Part shown: piece after piece, positions 7,636 to 15,951 of the stretch
How the letters are laid out: every line of letters starts with the position of its first letter
Position numbering within the stretch: the first letter of the stretch is position 1
Virus record (IMG/VR): IMGVR_UViG_3300050154_000047
DNA: 45,867 nt
From: a virus
Reading direction: 5' to 3' (one strand)
Notes under the pieces: model-generated
Database searches by the model: none
What the model was told of the DNA's origin: nothing
The model's input: the letters and a program-made list of their open reading frames with translations, nothing else
Program-made: the position numbers and the translations under genes

Positions 7636-8067
7636 ATGATTCTCGACAACGAAAACCAATTTTCCCGCGCACAGGCGGTAACTGGTGCCGCCACCACGGC
7701 ATCTACCGACCTGATCGACCTGTCGGTTCTGCGCCCCAACATCGGTTCGGGCAAGGACTTGTACGTGGTGGTCAACATCGACGTGGCTGCTGGCGGTACT
7801 ACTCCGACCATGGCTGTGCTGATCCAGACCGACGACAACGTGGGTTTTGCCAGCCCCGCGACTTTGTTCACAGGCCCCACACTGGCAGCAGCCGCACTCG
7901 TTACTTCCACTCAGTTGGTGTACGCAGTGCCTGCCACCGGCATGGAGCGCTACCTGCGACTGGCGTACACCTTGGGTGGTACTTCCCCCACGATCACGGT
8001 TACCGCCAGCATCGTGGAGAACTACACGCTGAACCCAGCTTACGCTAGCGGCTTCACCGTCCAGTAA
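7636..8067 (+). CDS. capsid cement/decoration protein, Bbp16-like
   Basis: 143 aa directly after the capsid gene. The N-terminus MILDNENQFSRAQAVTGAATTASTDLIDL... matches my memory of Bbp16-family cement proteins. Confidence 0.65.
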   Translation: MILDNENQFSRAQAVTGAATTASTDLIDLSVLRPNIGSGKDLYVVVNIDVAAGGTTPTMAVLIQTDDNVGFASPATLFTGPTLAAAALVTSTQLVYAVPATGMERYLRLAYTLGGTSPTITVTASIVENYTLNPAYASGFTVQ

Positions 8068-8249
8068 TGGAACAGCGAGCCGTCAAGGACGGCGTGATCG
8101 GACGCCGCTTCATCACAAGTGGAGAAGTGTTCGATCACCCCGAGCCGATGAACTGGGCGGAACCCGTAGTTCGGGTTCCCGAGGAAACCGCACCGAAGCG
8201 CAAGCCGAAGGCGGGCAAGGACGACACCGATCCGCCTGGCACCGAGTAA
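8067..8249 (+). CDS. hypothetical 60-aa protein
   Basis: Track ORF. Its ATG overlaps the cement stop (TAATG). Confidence 0.45.
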   Translation: MEQRAVKDGVIGRRFITSGEVFDHPEPMNWAEPVVRVPEETAPKRKPKAGKDDTDPPGTE

Positions 8250-8259
8250 CGAAACAATG

Positions 8260-8290
8260 CAACAGGCCCTTAGTGGCCTGTTGTTGTATG
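8260..8290 (+). terminator. intrinsic terminator after the capsid block
   Basis: 9-bp stem CAACAGGCC / GGCCTGTTG with loop cttagt, followed by TTGTAT. Confidence 0.55.
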
Positions 8291-8300
8291 GAGAAGCAAA

Positions 8301-8648
8301 ATGGCAACAATCAAACCGACACGCAGGTTGGTAGCAGGCGGCAAAGGCGCGGTGTTCACATGGGCGCTGGCCGATGGTGACGATGGCGAACCAGTGTCCG
8401 TAGTGGACTTCGCGGATCGTTCTGTGCAGGTAACGGGAACCTTTGGCGGCGGCAACGTCCGCATAGAAGGCTCCAACGATGCCGGCAGCAACTACGCATC
8501 GCTCACCGATCCGCAAGGAAACGACCTGAACATTACCGTGGCCAAGGTAGAGATGGTCACTGAAGTGACTGAGCTGCTGCGCCCCCGAGTCACCAGCGGC
8601 AGTGGCGTGTCCGTATCCGTTTCCCTGTTGGCGAGGTTTACAGCATGA
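8301..8648 (+). CDS. hypothetical virion-module protein, 115 aa
   Basis: Track ORF with RBS GGAGAAG. Beta-rich composition. No family recognised. Confidence 0.6.
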   Translation: MATIKPTRRLVAGGKGAVFTWALADGDDGEPVSVVDFADRSVQVTGTFGGGNVRIEGSNDAGSNYASLTDPQGNDLNITVAKVEMVTEVTELLRPRVTSGSGVSVSVSLLARFTA

Positions 8649-9130
8649 GCAACATCCAAGAATCCATCACATCGGCCCGCGCACTGCTGCGGGGTTTCCG
8701 TGCGTTTGACGAGGTTGCTGCCGCGCTGGAGTCTGCGGCCACCATTGAAGAAACCATCGGCAACTTGCAGAAGGCCGAAAAGACCGCACGCGCCCGGGCG
8801 GAAGAAGCCGTGGCAAACAACGAAGCAGCACGCAGCGCCCTGGCGGCGACCACGGCTGAACTTGAAGCCCTGCAAGCCAAGCTGGTAGACGATGCCAAGG
8901 CATCCGCAGATGCCGCACAAGCTGAAGCAGACAAGATCGTTGGCGATGCCAAAGCCGACGCAGCAGACATCGTGGAAAAGGCCAAAGCCGATGCAGCCAA
9001 GCAGGCCGCAAAAGCCAAAGCATCCGTAGAGAAGTCTGCCGAGCTGGACGAAGCCATCGCTGCAAAGACGGCTGAATTGACTGAACTTCAAGCTGCTATC
9101 AGCGCCATCCGTGCAAAACTGATCGGATAA
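8645..9130 (+). CDS. Ala-rich coiled-coil protein, 161 aa
   Basis: Track ORF. Heptad-like Ala/Glu/Lys-rich sequence (AQAEADKIVGDAKADAADIVEKAKADAAKQAAKAKA). ATGA overlap with the upstream gene. Confidence 0.6.
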   Translation: MSNIQESITSARALLRGFRAFDEVAAALESAATIEETIGNLQKAEKTARARAEEAVANNEAARSALAATTAELEALQAKLVDDAKASADAAQAEADKIVGDAKADAADIVEKAKADAAKQAAKAKASVEKSAELDEAIAAKTAELTELQAAISAIRAKLIG

Positions 9131-9131
9131 T

Positions 9132-9163
9132 ACGTGAAGCCCCGCGATGTGCGGGGCACACGT
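9132..9163 (+). other. GC-rich extended stem-loop without a U-tail
   Basis: ACGTG-aa-GCCCCGC-gatgt-GCGGGGC-a-CACGT, read directly just after the stop at 9130. Confidence 0.5.
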
Positions 9164-9177
9164 AACGGAGGTATGCC

Positions 9178-9330
9178 GTGAACCTACAAGGCCAAGTTGG
9201 TGAACTTCGATTCACCGTGGAAATCACCCGCAAGGAAACCGGCAAGGTGGAAACAGTAGAGCTTGTCGGGTTTATTGACGAAGAAAAACTAGCTGAACTA
9301 CAGGCTCAAGAGCCGGAAATCAAGGAGTAA
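9178..9330 (+). CDS. hypothetical 50-aa protein (GTG start)
   Basis: Not in the track. GGAGG lies 7 nt upstream of GTG 9178. Open for 51 codons, ending 2 nt before the next ATG. Confidence 0.35.
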   Translation: MNLQGQVGELRFTVEITRKETGKVETVELVGFIDEEKLAELQAQEPEIKE

Positions 9331-9332
9331 TC

Positions 9333-9722
9333 ATGGCAGTAACTCATTCAACCGCAGCCCGTAACGCAGCTACTGACGCTGTAACCGCACTGATTGGCGC
9401 ATCTGGGCGTCTTCGTTTCCGCTTGTCCGGCACTGTAGGCGCTCCAGGTACTTCCGTGGCTAACTTGGCGCTGTCTGCTACTGCTTTCGGTGCGGCATCC
9501 TCTGGCACGGCAACGGCTAACGCCATCACCAGCGACACAAACGCAGCAGGTAACGCATCTCCGGTGGCCACAGCAACGCTTGAGACATCGGGCGGCACGG
9601 TGGTGATTCACTGCGCTGTAGCTGCCTCGGCTTCTGACATCAACATGTCTAACGGCTTGACCGTAGCGGCTGGCGACACAGTGTCCTGCTCCTCTCTGAC
9701 CTACACCGCACTGAGCGCATAA
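9333..9722 (+). CDS. hypothetical structural protein, 129 aa, Ala/Thr/Ser-rich
   Basis: Track ORF with RBS AAGGAG. No family recognised. Confidence 0.6.
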   Translation: MAVTHSTAARNAATDAVTALIGASGRLRFRLSGTVGAPGTSVANLALSATAFGAASSGTATANAITSDTNAAGNASPVATATLETSGGTVVIHCAVAASASDINMSNGLTVAAGDTVSCSSLTYTALSA

Positions 9723-9723
9723 C

Positions 9724-11187
9724 ATGGCCGATAACGTAACCCTACCCGGCACTGGCTCTGCGGTAGCCACTGACGACATCGGAGGCATTCAATACCAACG
9801 AGTTAAACCCTCGTGGGGTTCCGATGGCACTGCTGTAGACGTGGACGCTACAAACCCACTGCCTACCAGCAAAAACGCGAGCATCTTCCGGTTCTCCACC
9901 AACAACACCAGCACTGTACAGCTCGCAGCCGCTGGCACGTTTACGGGCGTCATCGAAACCGCGCTAGATCAGCCAAGCATTTCCTTGCTGATGACCAGCG
10001 ATCAACCAATCACGCTGACCGTTAGACAGTACATTGACTTGGCAGGTACTCGGGCTGTCCCTGATGTGGTCTTTTACGTTGATGCCAACTTAGGCTTCGC
10101 CCGTTCTTTCCCGCTGAATGGCAACTATGTGCAGGTGACCGCAACCAACACCGGCGCGTCAACTACTACGACATTCAACTTGAATACCGCCTATGGCGAT
10201 TTGGGCGATGCCGATAGCTCTGGCGCACAGCCGGTAACTGAATTGCCTCTGGTGTTGCGTGGCGCATCTGCGCAGACTGCTACCGTTAACAACATTCTGC
10301 AACCTACCTCCGGCACTGCGGGATTGAACGTGTCCGGCTACCGTGCGGCATCGGTGCAAGTGGTGTCTACGGGCACGGCGGGTACGTTTATCTTTGAGCA
10401 ATCAAACGATAACGTGAACTGGATTGCCCTGCCGGTGTTTAACGCTGCATTGGTGACAGGTGTTCCTATCACTGCGGCCATCACTGCCACGGCGTCGCAA
10501 ATCATCTATTCGTTTGCCATTCGCTGTAACTTCGTGCGTCTGCGGATTGCATCGACCATTACAGGCGGTTCTATCCAAGCGTTCACCCGTATTAGTACGG
10601 AGACATGGACGCCAACGGTTAACTTAGTGGCAAGCAACACCGCTGCCAACTTGCAGACCACTGCGACTGTGACGGGCTATCCCACTGCGGCAGCTTCTGC
10701 TGATGCTTTGGCTAACCCGACAGTAACCCAGATTGGCGCGGCTGCTCTGACGTTCAACGGTACTTCGTGGGATCGTCAGCGTGGTATGTCTACAGCCCTG
10801 ACCACTGGTGACACTGGCGCAAAGACTGCTACAGGTAACGGCGCGACAATCACCAACGTGGGTAACAAAGGTGTACAGATTCTGGTGAACATGGGTGCTG
10901 TGACGGGAACCACCCCGACAGCCGTTATCAAGGTGCAAGGCTCTACTGATGCAGGCACAAGCTGGTACGACATCCCAGGCGCTACCACGGCTTCACTGAC
11001 AGCAACGGGTTTGTACGGCATCACGATTTATCCCGGCATTGCGGTAACTGCGGGTGTAGCCACTACCGGCACGACTGCCACAGCGAGCATGGTTATCCCA
11101 CGCACATGGCGCATCGTCTGGACGATTGGCGGCACCACTCCGAGTTTCACCATAACCAACGTGCAGTACATCTATTTGCCGAACTAA
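9724..11187 (+). CDS. 487-aa structural protein with repeated Bbp16-like (jellyroll) segments
   Basis: Track ORF. The C-terminal segment (GVQILVNMGAVTGTTPTAVIKVQGSTDAGTSW...RIVWTIGGTTPSFTITNVQYI) aligns by eye with the cement protein (DLYVVVNIDVAAGGTTPTMAVLIQTDDNVGF...RLAYTLGGTSPTITVTASIV). A middle segment shows the same pattern. Confidence 0.7.
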   Translation: MADNVTLPGTGSAVATDDIGGIQYQRVKPSWGSDGTAVDVDATNPLPTSKNASIFRFSTNNTSTVQLAAAGTFTGVIETALDQPSISLLMTSDQPITLTVRQYIDLAGTRAVPDVVFYVDANLGFARSFPLNGNYVQVTATNTGASTTTTFNLNTAYGDLGDADSSGAQPVTELPLVLRGASAQTATVNNILQPTSGTAGLNVSGYRAASVQVVSTGTAGTFIFEQSNDNVNWIALPVFNAALVTGVPITAAITATASQIIYSFAIRCNFVRLRIASTITGGSIQAFTRISTETWTPTVNLVASNTAANLQTTATVTGYPTAAASADALANPTVTQIGAAALTFNGTSWDRQRGMSTALTTGDTGAKTATGNGATITNVGNKGVQILVNMGAVTGTTPTAVIKVQGSTDAGTSWYDIPGATTASLTATGLYGITIYPGIAVTAGVATTGTTATASMVIPRTWRIVWTIGGTTPSFTITNVQYIYLPN

Positions 11188-11208
11188 CTAGCGACGGAAA
11201 GAAAATGA

Positions 11209-12414
11209 ATGTCGCTGTTACTACTATTTAATCAACCTTCTGGCGGGGGACTAACCCGCACGGTAGGTACGCGCGTTTCTTCCTCTGGTACGGCGGTAAC
11301 CAGTGGGTCGATGGTCATTCCAGACAACAGCCTTGTTGTCTTGGTTACCAAGACCATGCGGGACACTTCGGATGTATCGCCACTCACGATCACCAACAGC
11401 GGAGCCGCGGCGACTTGGACTCAACAAGTAGTCACACCGTCACAGACAGACCAATACTCCCAGCGGATTTGGTTTCATACTGCCTACTTCACGACTGGCG
11501 GCACGTTCACCTTCACGGCCACGGCTGCATCGGCACCACCGGGAGGATTCGCGGCGCTTACTCTGCTGCCTATCGTTTACCAAAATGCAAGTGCAACGCT
11601 AGGTGTCTCAGGTTCGGCTAACAACGGGCCAACCGATGGAGCATGGACTCCATCACTATCCGGCGCACCGGCTGCTTCTTCTGATGTGCTGGCCGCTATC
11701 ACTGCGACAGTCGCAGGCTCAGGAAGCATCTATCAGACAGATGGCTCAGGCGTCACCCGTCTGGACACGGCTAACTTAGCGGGTGTTTATGGTGGATCGG
11801 TGTCTGTCCGCACCGGCAGCACCACAGCGAGCTACACATGGGATGACGTACTCGCACCATCGTCTACCGACACAATCTACCTCAACTCGATTTATGCGGC
11901 GCTGGAAGTAAAGCAGGCTTCGGGTGGGCCGGTAACCCACGCCACATCGGGAGCACTGACTGGTCAAGGCTCTACCGTAGCGGGAACTGCGGCACATATC
12001 GCGGTTCACGGAACCAGCGGCGCTCTTACTGGTCAGATTGGTTCTATCGCTGGCACGGCTACGCGATTCCGTTCAATGTCGTCTAGTGGCGCATTGGTAG
12101 GCCAAGGGTCAACCATTGTTGGTAGTGCAGCACGAGCAGGCGGCGCAACAAGCCACGACACATCCGGCGCACTGACTGGGCAGGGGTCTACCCTATCCGG
12201 CACGGCGGCTAGATTCCGCGCTTTCACATCTTCGGGTGTACTGACAGGCCAAGGCTCCGTTATTGTTGGCACTGCGGCAAGAGTCGGCGCGCCGGTAACC
12301 CACGCCACATCCGGCGCACTGGTAGGCCCTGGCGCAACGATCAGCGGATTCGCAGCGGGATCGGCACTGGTGGCGGCTGGAATCGCAACGATACTGCGCA
12401 GGCGCAGACGTTGA
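11209..12414 (+). CDS. 401-aa repeat-containing fibre-like protein with C-terminal RRRRR
   Basis: Track ORF. Six tandem SGALTGQGSxxxGTAAR-type repeats, then GSALVAAGIATILRRRRR. Confidence 0.7.
   Translation: MSLLLLFNQPSGGGLTRTVGTRVSSSGTAVTSGSMVIPDNSLVVLVTKTMRDTSDVSPLTITNSGAAATWTQQVVTPSQTDQYSQRIWFHTAYFTTGGTFTFTATAASAPPGGFAALTLLPIVYQNASATLGVSGSANNGPTDGAWTPSLSGAPAASSDVLAAITATVAGSGSIYQTDGSGVTRLDTANLAGVYGGSVSVRTGSTTASYTWDDVLAPSSTDTIYLNSIYAALEVKQASGGPVTHATSGALTGQGSTVAGTAAHIAVHGTSGALTGQIGSIAGTATRFRSMSSSGALVGQGSTIVGSAARAGGATSHDTSGALTGQGSTLSGTAARFRAFTSSGVLTGQGSVIVGTAARVGAPVTHATSGALVGPGATISGFAAGSALVAAGIATILRRRRR
11929..12360 (+). repeat. in-frame tandem repeats (six units of 23 or 26 codons)
   Basis: The SGAL/SGVL anchor recurs with periods 23, 23, 26, 23 and 26 aa. 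The exact 20-mer ccggtaacccacgccacatc occurs at 11929 and 12292. Confidence 0.85.
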
Positions 12415-12474
12415 GGCGCGTTGTGGTTTTCCGACCACAGCATTAGAATGTAGCGACTTACAAGGAACCCCGCC

Positions 12475-13065
12475 ATGGCGTCTGAGGTATCTATCTGCAA
12501 CAGGGCGCTCCAGAAGTTGGGGGCGGCTCGTATCACCGCGCTGACTGATGCCAGCGTGAACGCCCGCGCCTGCAACGCGGCTTACACAGAAGTGCGTGAT
12601 GCCGTCCTGCGCGCACACGTATGGCGATTTGCCATCAAGCGGGCCATCCTGGCGCCGAGTGCTACGGCGCCCGTCCACACATTCAGCTACGCACTGCCGC
12701 TGCCGGCAGATTGCTTGCGCCTGCTGTCCGTCAGCGAGAGTGACCCCACCGGGTACGTCGATCAGCAAGGCGAGTACGTGGAGTGGCAGGTGGAGGGCGA
12801 CAGCATCCTATCCAACAGCAACATCGCGTACATCCGCTACGTGGCGCAGATCACCGACCCCAATCAAATGGACGCTCTGTTCCGCGAAGTGCTGGCTTGC
12901 CGCATGGCGCTGGAGATGTGTGAAGAACTCACGCAGAGCAACACCAAGCTGCAAGGCATCAACGAGCAGTTGAAGATGGCACTCACGGAGGCCCGTCGCA
13001 ACAATGCTTTTGAGCGAGGTTCCGAGAAGCCACGCACCGATAGCTGGATTCTTGCGAGAGCCTAA
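12475..13065 (+). CDS. head-tail adaptor / tail tubular protein A (T7 gp11-like)
   Basis: 196 aa directly upstream of the nozzle-like gene. The N-terminal pattern ...ICNRALQKLGAARITAL... recalls podovirus adaptor proteins. Confidence 0.6.
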   Translation: MASEVSICNRALQKLGAARITALTDASVNARACNAAYTEVRDAVLRAHVWRFAIKRAILAPSATAPVHTFSYALPLPADCLRLLSVSESDPTGYVDQQGEYVEWQVEGDSILSNSNIAYIRYVAQITDPNQMDALFREVLACRMALEMCEELTQSNTKLQGINEQLKMALTEARRNNAFERGSEKPRTDSWILARA

Positions 13066-15086
13066 TGACCAAGGCCAGCACCATTCAGACATCGTTCAAC
13101 GCGGGTGAAGTCACCCCGTTGGTTTATGGCCGACCCGATTTGCAGAAGTACGGCAACGGGCTGGAGACTTGCCAGAACATGATCCCGATGGTGCAGGGTC
13201 CTCTGACCTCACGCCCAGGGACTGTGTTTGTAAACGAAGTCAAGGACTCAAGCGTTTACACCCGTGCGCTGGAGTTTGTGTTCTCTACCACGCAAGCCTA
13301 CATCATTGAGGCGGGCAACCTGTACTTCCGCTTCTACCGCAACCGCGCACAGATCGTGTCGGGAACCCCGGTGGAAATGGCGACGCCATACCCCACCAAC
13401 GTGCTGTCTGGACTCAAGACCACGCAGTCAGCGGATGTGCTATACATCTTTCACCCGAGCTACGCACCGCGCAAACTGTCGCGCACCAGCGATACCGTGT
13501 GGTCACTCAGCACAATGGCCACCACGGATGGTCCGTACCTTAACACCAACACAACAACGACCACGCTGACAGCAAGCGGAACCACTGGCAGCGTGACGCT
13601 GACGGCCAGTGCGACCACGGGCATCAACAACGGGCAGGGTTTCTTGGCCACGGACGTTGGCCGTGTGGTGCGTCTGCTGGTGTCCAGCGTGTGGGGGTGG
13701 GGAACGATCACTGCCAGAACCAGCACAACGCAAGTGACGGTGCAGGTTGGTAGCGCATTCGGCGCAACCACAGCGACCGCAGTGTGGCGATTGGGCGTGT
13801 ACTCGGACACAACCGGCTGGCCGTCCTGCGGCACGTTCTTTGAAGATCGCTTGTTCATGGGCGGTTCCACCAGCAACCCGCAGCGCTTGGATGGAAGCAT
13901 GTCAGGCGACTACGAGAACTTCGCCCCGACCAGCACAACCGGCGTGGTGGCAGCAAACAACGCTTTAGGGTTTACCCTGAACTCCAATGACGTGAACACC
14001 ATCCGGTGGATGGCTGACGACGAGAAGGGTTTGCTGGTGGGCACGGTAGGCGGCGAGTGGATCGTGCGCCCATCATCCAGTGGTGAAGCACTGTCGGCCA
14101 CCAACATCTCGGCCAAGCGGTCTACCAGTTACGGCAGCGCGGATGTGCAGCCGGTACGTGCAGGCCGCGCCATTCTGTTCATCCAAAAGTCCCGCAGGAA
14201 GCTGCGCGAGCTGGCGTACCAGTTTGACGTCGATGGGTTTCGTGCGCCGGACATGACGCAGCTATCAGAACACATCACGCTCCCAGGCATCCAAGAGATG
14301 ACCTACCAGCAGGAACCGCAGAGTCTGGTGTGGGTGTGTCGTGACGATGGCGTGCTGATCGGCGCAACCTATGACCGCGACCAAGACGTAGTGGCATGGC
14401 ACCGGCACATCATCGGCGGCAGCGGCTTTGTTGAATCTGTGGGCGCCATTCCACGGCCAGATGGTTCCGGCGATGAGTTGTACGTCATCGTCCGCCGCAC
14501 CATCAACGGCGCGACCAAGCGGTACGTGGAGTACATGAACAAACTGTGGGAGCGTGGCGACACGCAGGCCGCAGCAGTGTTCGCGGACTCTGCCAAGACG
14601 TACACCACGCCAGGCAGCACCGTGACGGGACTCGACCACCTCGAAGGCCAAACAGTGTCCGTGCTGGTGGACGGTGCGGTGCACCCCGACAAGATCGTCA
14701 CTGGCGGGCAGATCACACTGGACTTCACTGGAACCACGGTGGTTGTAGGGTTGCCTTATGTGCGCCGTGGCAAGACCCTGCGCATCAATGCCGGCGCAGC
14801 AGACGGAACCGCGCAGGGCAAGACCAAGCGCATCCACCGACTGGTGTTCCGCTTGCACGACAGCCTCGGGCTGAAGAAGGGGCCGAACTTTAACCAGTTG
14901 GACGAAGTGGTGTTCCGGTCATCCACCGACCCCATGGGCGCAGCGGTTCCGCTGTTCAGCGGCGACAAGTCTGACACATGGGGTGGCGACTACGACTTGG
15001 AAGGCCAAGTCTGCTGGGAGATTACGCAGCCGGTTCCCTGTACTATTCTGGATGTGATGCCAGTTGTTGTGACGCAGGACCGATGA
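13065..15086 (+). CDS. tail nozzle / tail tubular protein B (T7 gp12-like)
   Basis: 673 aa with synteny to the gp11-gp12 pair. The N-terminus ...IQTSFNAGEVTPLVYGRPDLQKY... is typical as I recall. Confidence 0.65.
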   Translation: MTKASTIQTSFNAGEVTPLVYGRPDLQKYGNGLETCQNMIPMVQGPLTSRPGTVFVNEVKDSSVYTRALEFVFSTTQAYIIEAGNLYFRFYRNRAQIVSGTPVEMATPYPTNVLSGLKTTQSADVLYIFHPSYAPRKLSRTSDTVWSLSTMATTDGPYLNTNTTTTTLTASGTTGSVTLTASATTGINNGQGFLATDVGRVVRLLVSSVWGWGTITARTSTTQVTVQVGSAFGATTATAVWRLGVYSDTTGWPSCGTFFEDRLFMGGSTSNPQRLDGSMSGDYENFAPTSTTGVVAANNALGFTLNSNDVNTIRWMADDEKGLLVGTVGGEWIVRPSSSGEALSATNISAKRSTSYGSADVQPVRAGRAILFIQKSRRKLRELAYQFDVDGFRAPDMTQLSEHITLPGIQEMTYQQEPQSLVWVCRDDGVLIGATYDRDQDVVAWHRHIIGGSGFVESVGAIPRPDGSGDELYVIVRRTINGATKRYVEYMNKLWERGDTQAAAVFADSAKTYTTPGSTVTGLDHLEGQTVSVLVDGAVHPDKIVTGGQITLDFTGTTVVVGLPYVRRGKTLRINAGAADGTAQGKTKRIHRLVFRLHDSLGLKKGPNFNQLDEVVFRSSTDPMGAAVPLFSGDKSDTWGGDYDLEGQVCWEITQPVPCTILDVMPVVVTQDR

Positions 15087-15490
15087 TGTTTGTACCCTTT
15101 GAATTAGCCCATCTCAACGAGGTGAAGTACCTGCCCGAATTTGAAGGGCAAGACCCCGGCCCCATGGCGCAAGCCTTGGCGGGCCACGGGCGCACGATGG
15201 TGAAGGAAGGCAAAGTCATCATGATCGGTGGCGCGGTGCCAGTCGGCCAAGGCCGATTCCTGTGCACCATCCTGCTGGCCAAAGAAGCCGGCAACCACAT
15301 GCGAGAGATAGTGAAGTATTGGCGCGACTTTATTGACCAGCTTGACTACAATCGCTTGGAAGCAGTTTCACTCTGCGACTTGCCCAAAGCGCACAAATTG
15401 GTGCGGATGCTGGGATTTGAATGCGAAGCTCCACGGATGCGTAACTTCCACGCAGGCCAAGACTACGCGCTTTTTGCGAGGACCAGATAA
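15083..15490 (+). CDS. GNAT-fold-like small protein (DUF2833-like) at the T7 gp13 position
   Basis: ATG 15083 overlaps the upstream TGA. The C-terminal ...NRLEAVSLCDLPKAHKLVRMLGFECEAPRMRNFHAGQDYALFAR looks like the C-terminal strands of acetyltransferase folds. I did not see a clear acetyl-CoA motif. Confidence 0.5.
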   Translation: MMFVPFELAHLNEVKYLPEFEGQDPGPMAQALAGHGRTMVKEGKVIMIGGAVPVGQGRFLCTILLAKEAGNHMREIVKYWRDFIDQLDYNRLEAVSLCDLPKAHKLVRMLGFECEAPRMRNFHAGQDYALFARTR

Positions 15491-15951
15491 TGTCTAACGC
15501 TTTTGCAGCCGTTGGCACTCTGCTGGGTGGCGCCGCAGAAGGCAACGCTGCCGACTACAACGCTGCGGTAAACCAGCAGAACGCGACGATGACTCGCCAG
15601 CAAGGAGCTGCTGCGGTGGAGAAGCAGCGCCGCGAGAACGTGCGAGTACTGGGTTCCATCAAAGCAAACTACGGCGCATCCGGCATCACGATGGAAGGCT
15701 CTGCCATGGACGTGTTTGCGGCCAGTGCCGCAGAGGCAGAACTCGACGCACAGAACACCGCGTACAACTACGAGGTCAAAGCCCGTGGCTACGATGCAGA
15801 GTCAACGCTTAACCGTGCCCGAGCCAACAACGCCAGAACCGGAGCGTTCTTCAGCGCTGGCGCACAGTTGATGAACCCGATGGGAAACTCGCAGCCCACT
15901 AGCGCAGGAACCGATCCCCGTGCAGGCGTGCGCGGACAGCAGGGGTACTAA
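15490..15951 (+). CDS. small internal virion (ejection) protein
   Basis: 153 aa at the position of T7 gp14. Gly/Ala-rich hydrophobic N-terminus. Confidence 0.5.
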   Translation: MSNAFAAVGTLLGGAAEGNAADYNAAVNQQNATMTRQQGAAAVEKQRRENVRVLGSIKANYGASGITMEGSAMDVFAASAAEAELDAQNTAYNYEVKARGYDAESTLNRARANNARTGAFFSAGAQLMNPMGNSQPTSAGTDPRAGVRGQQGY

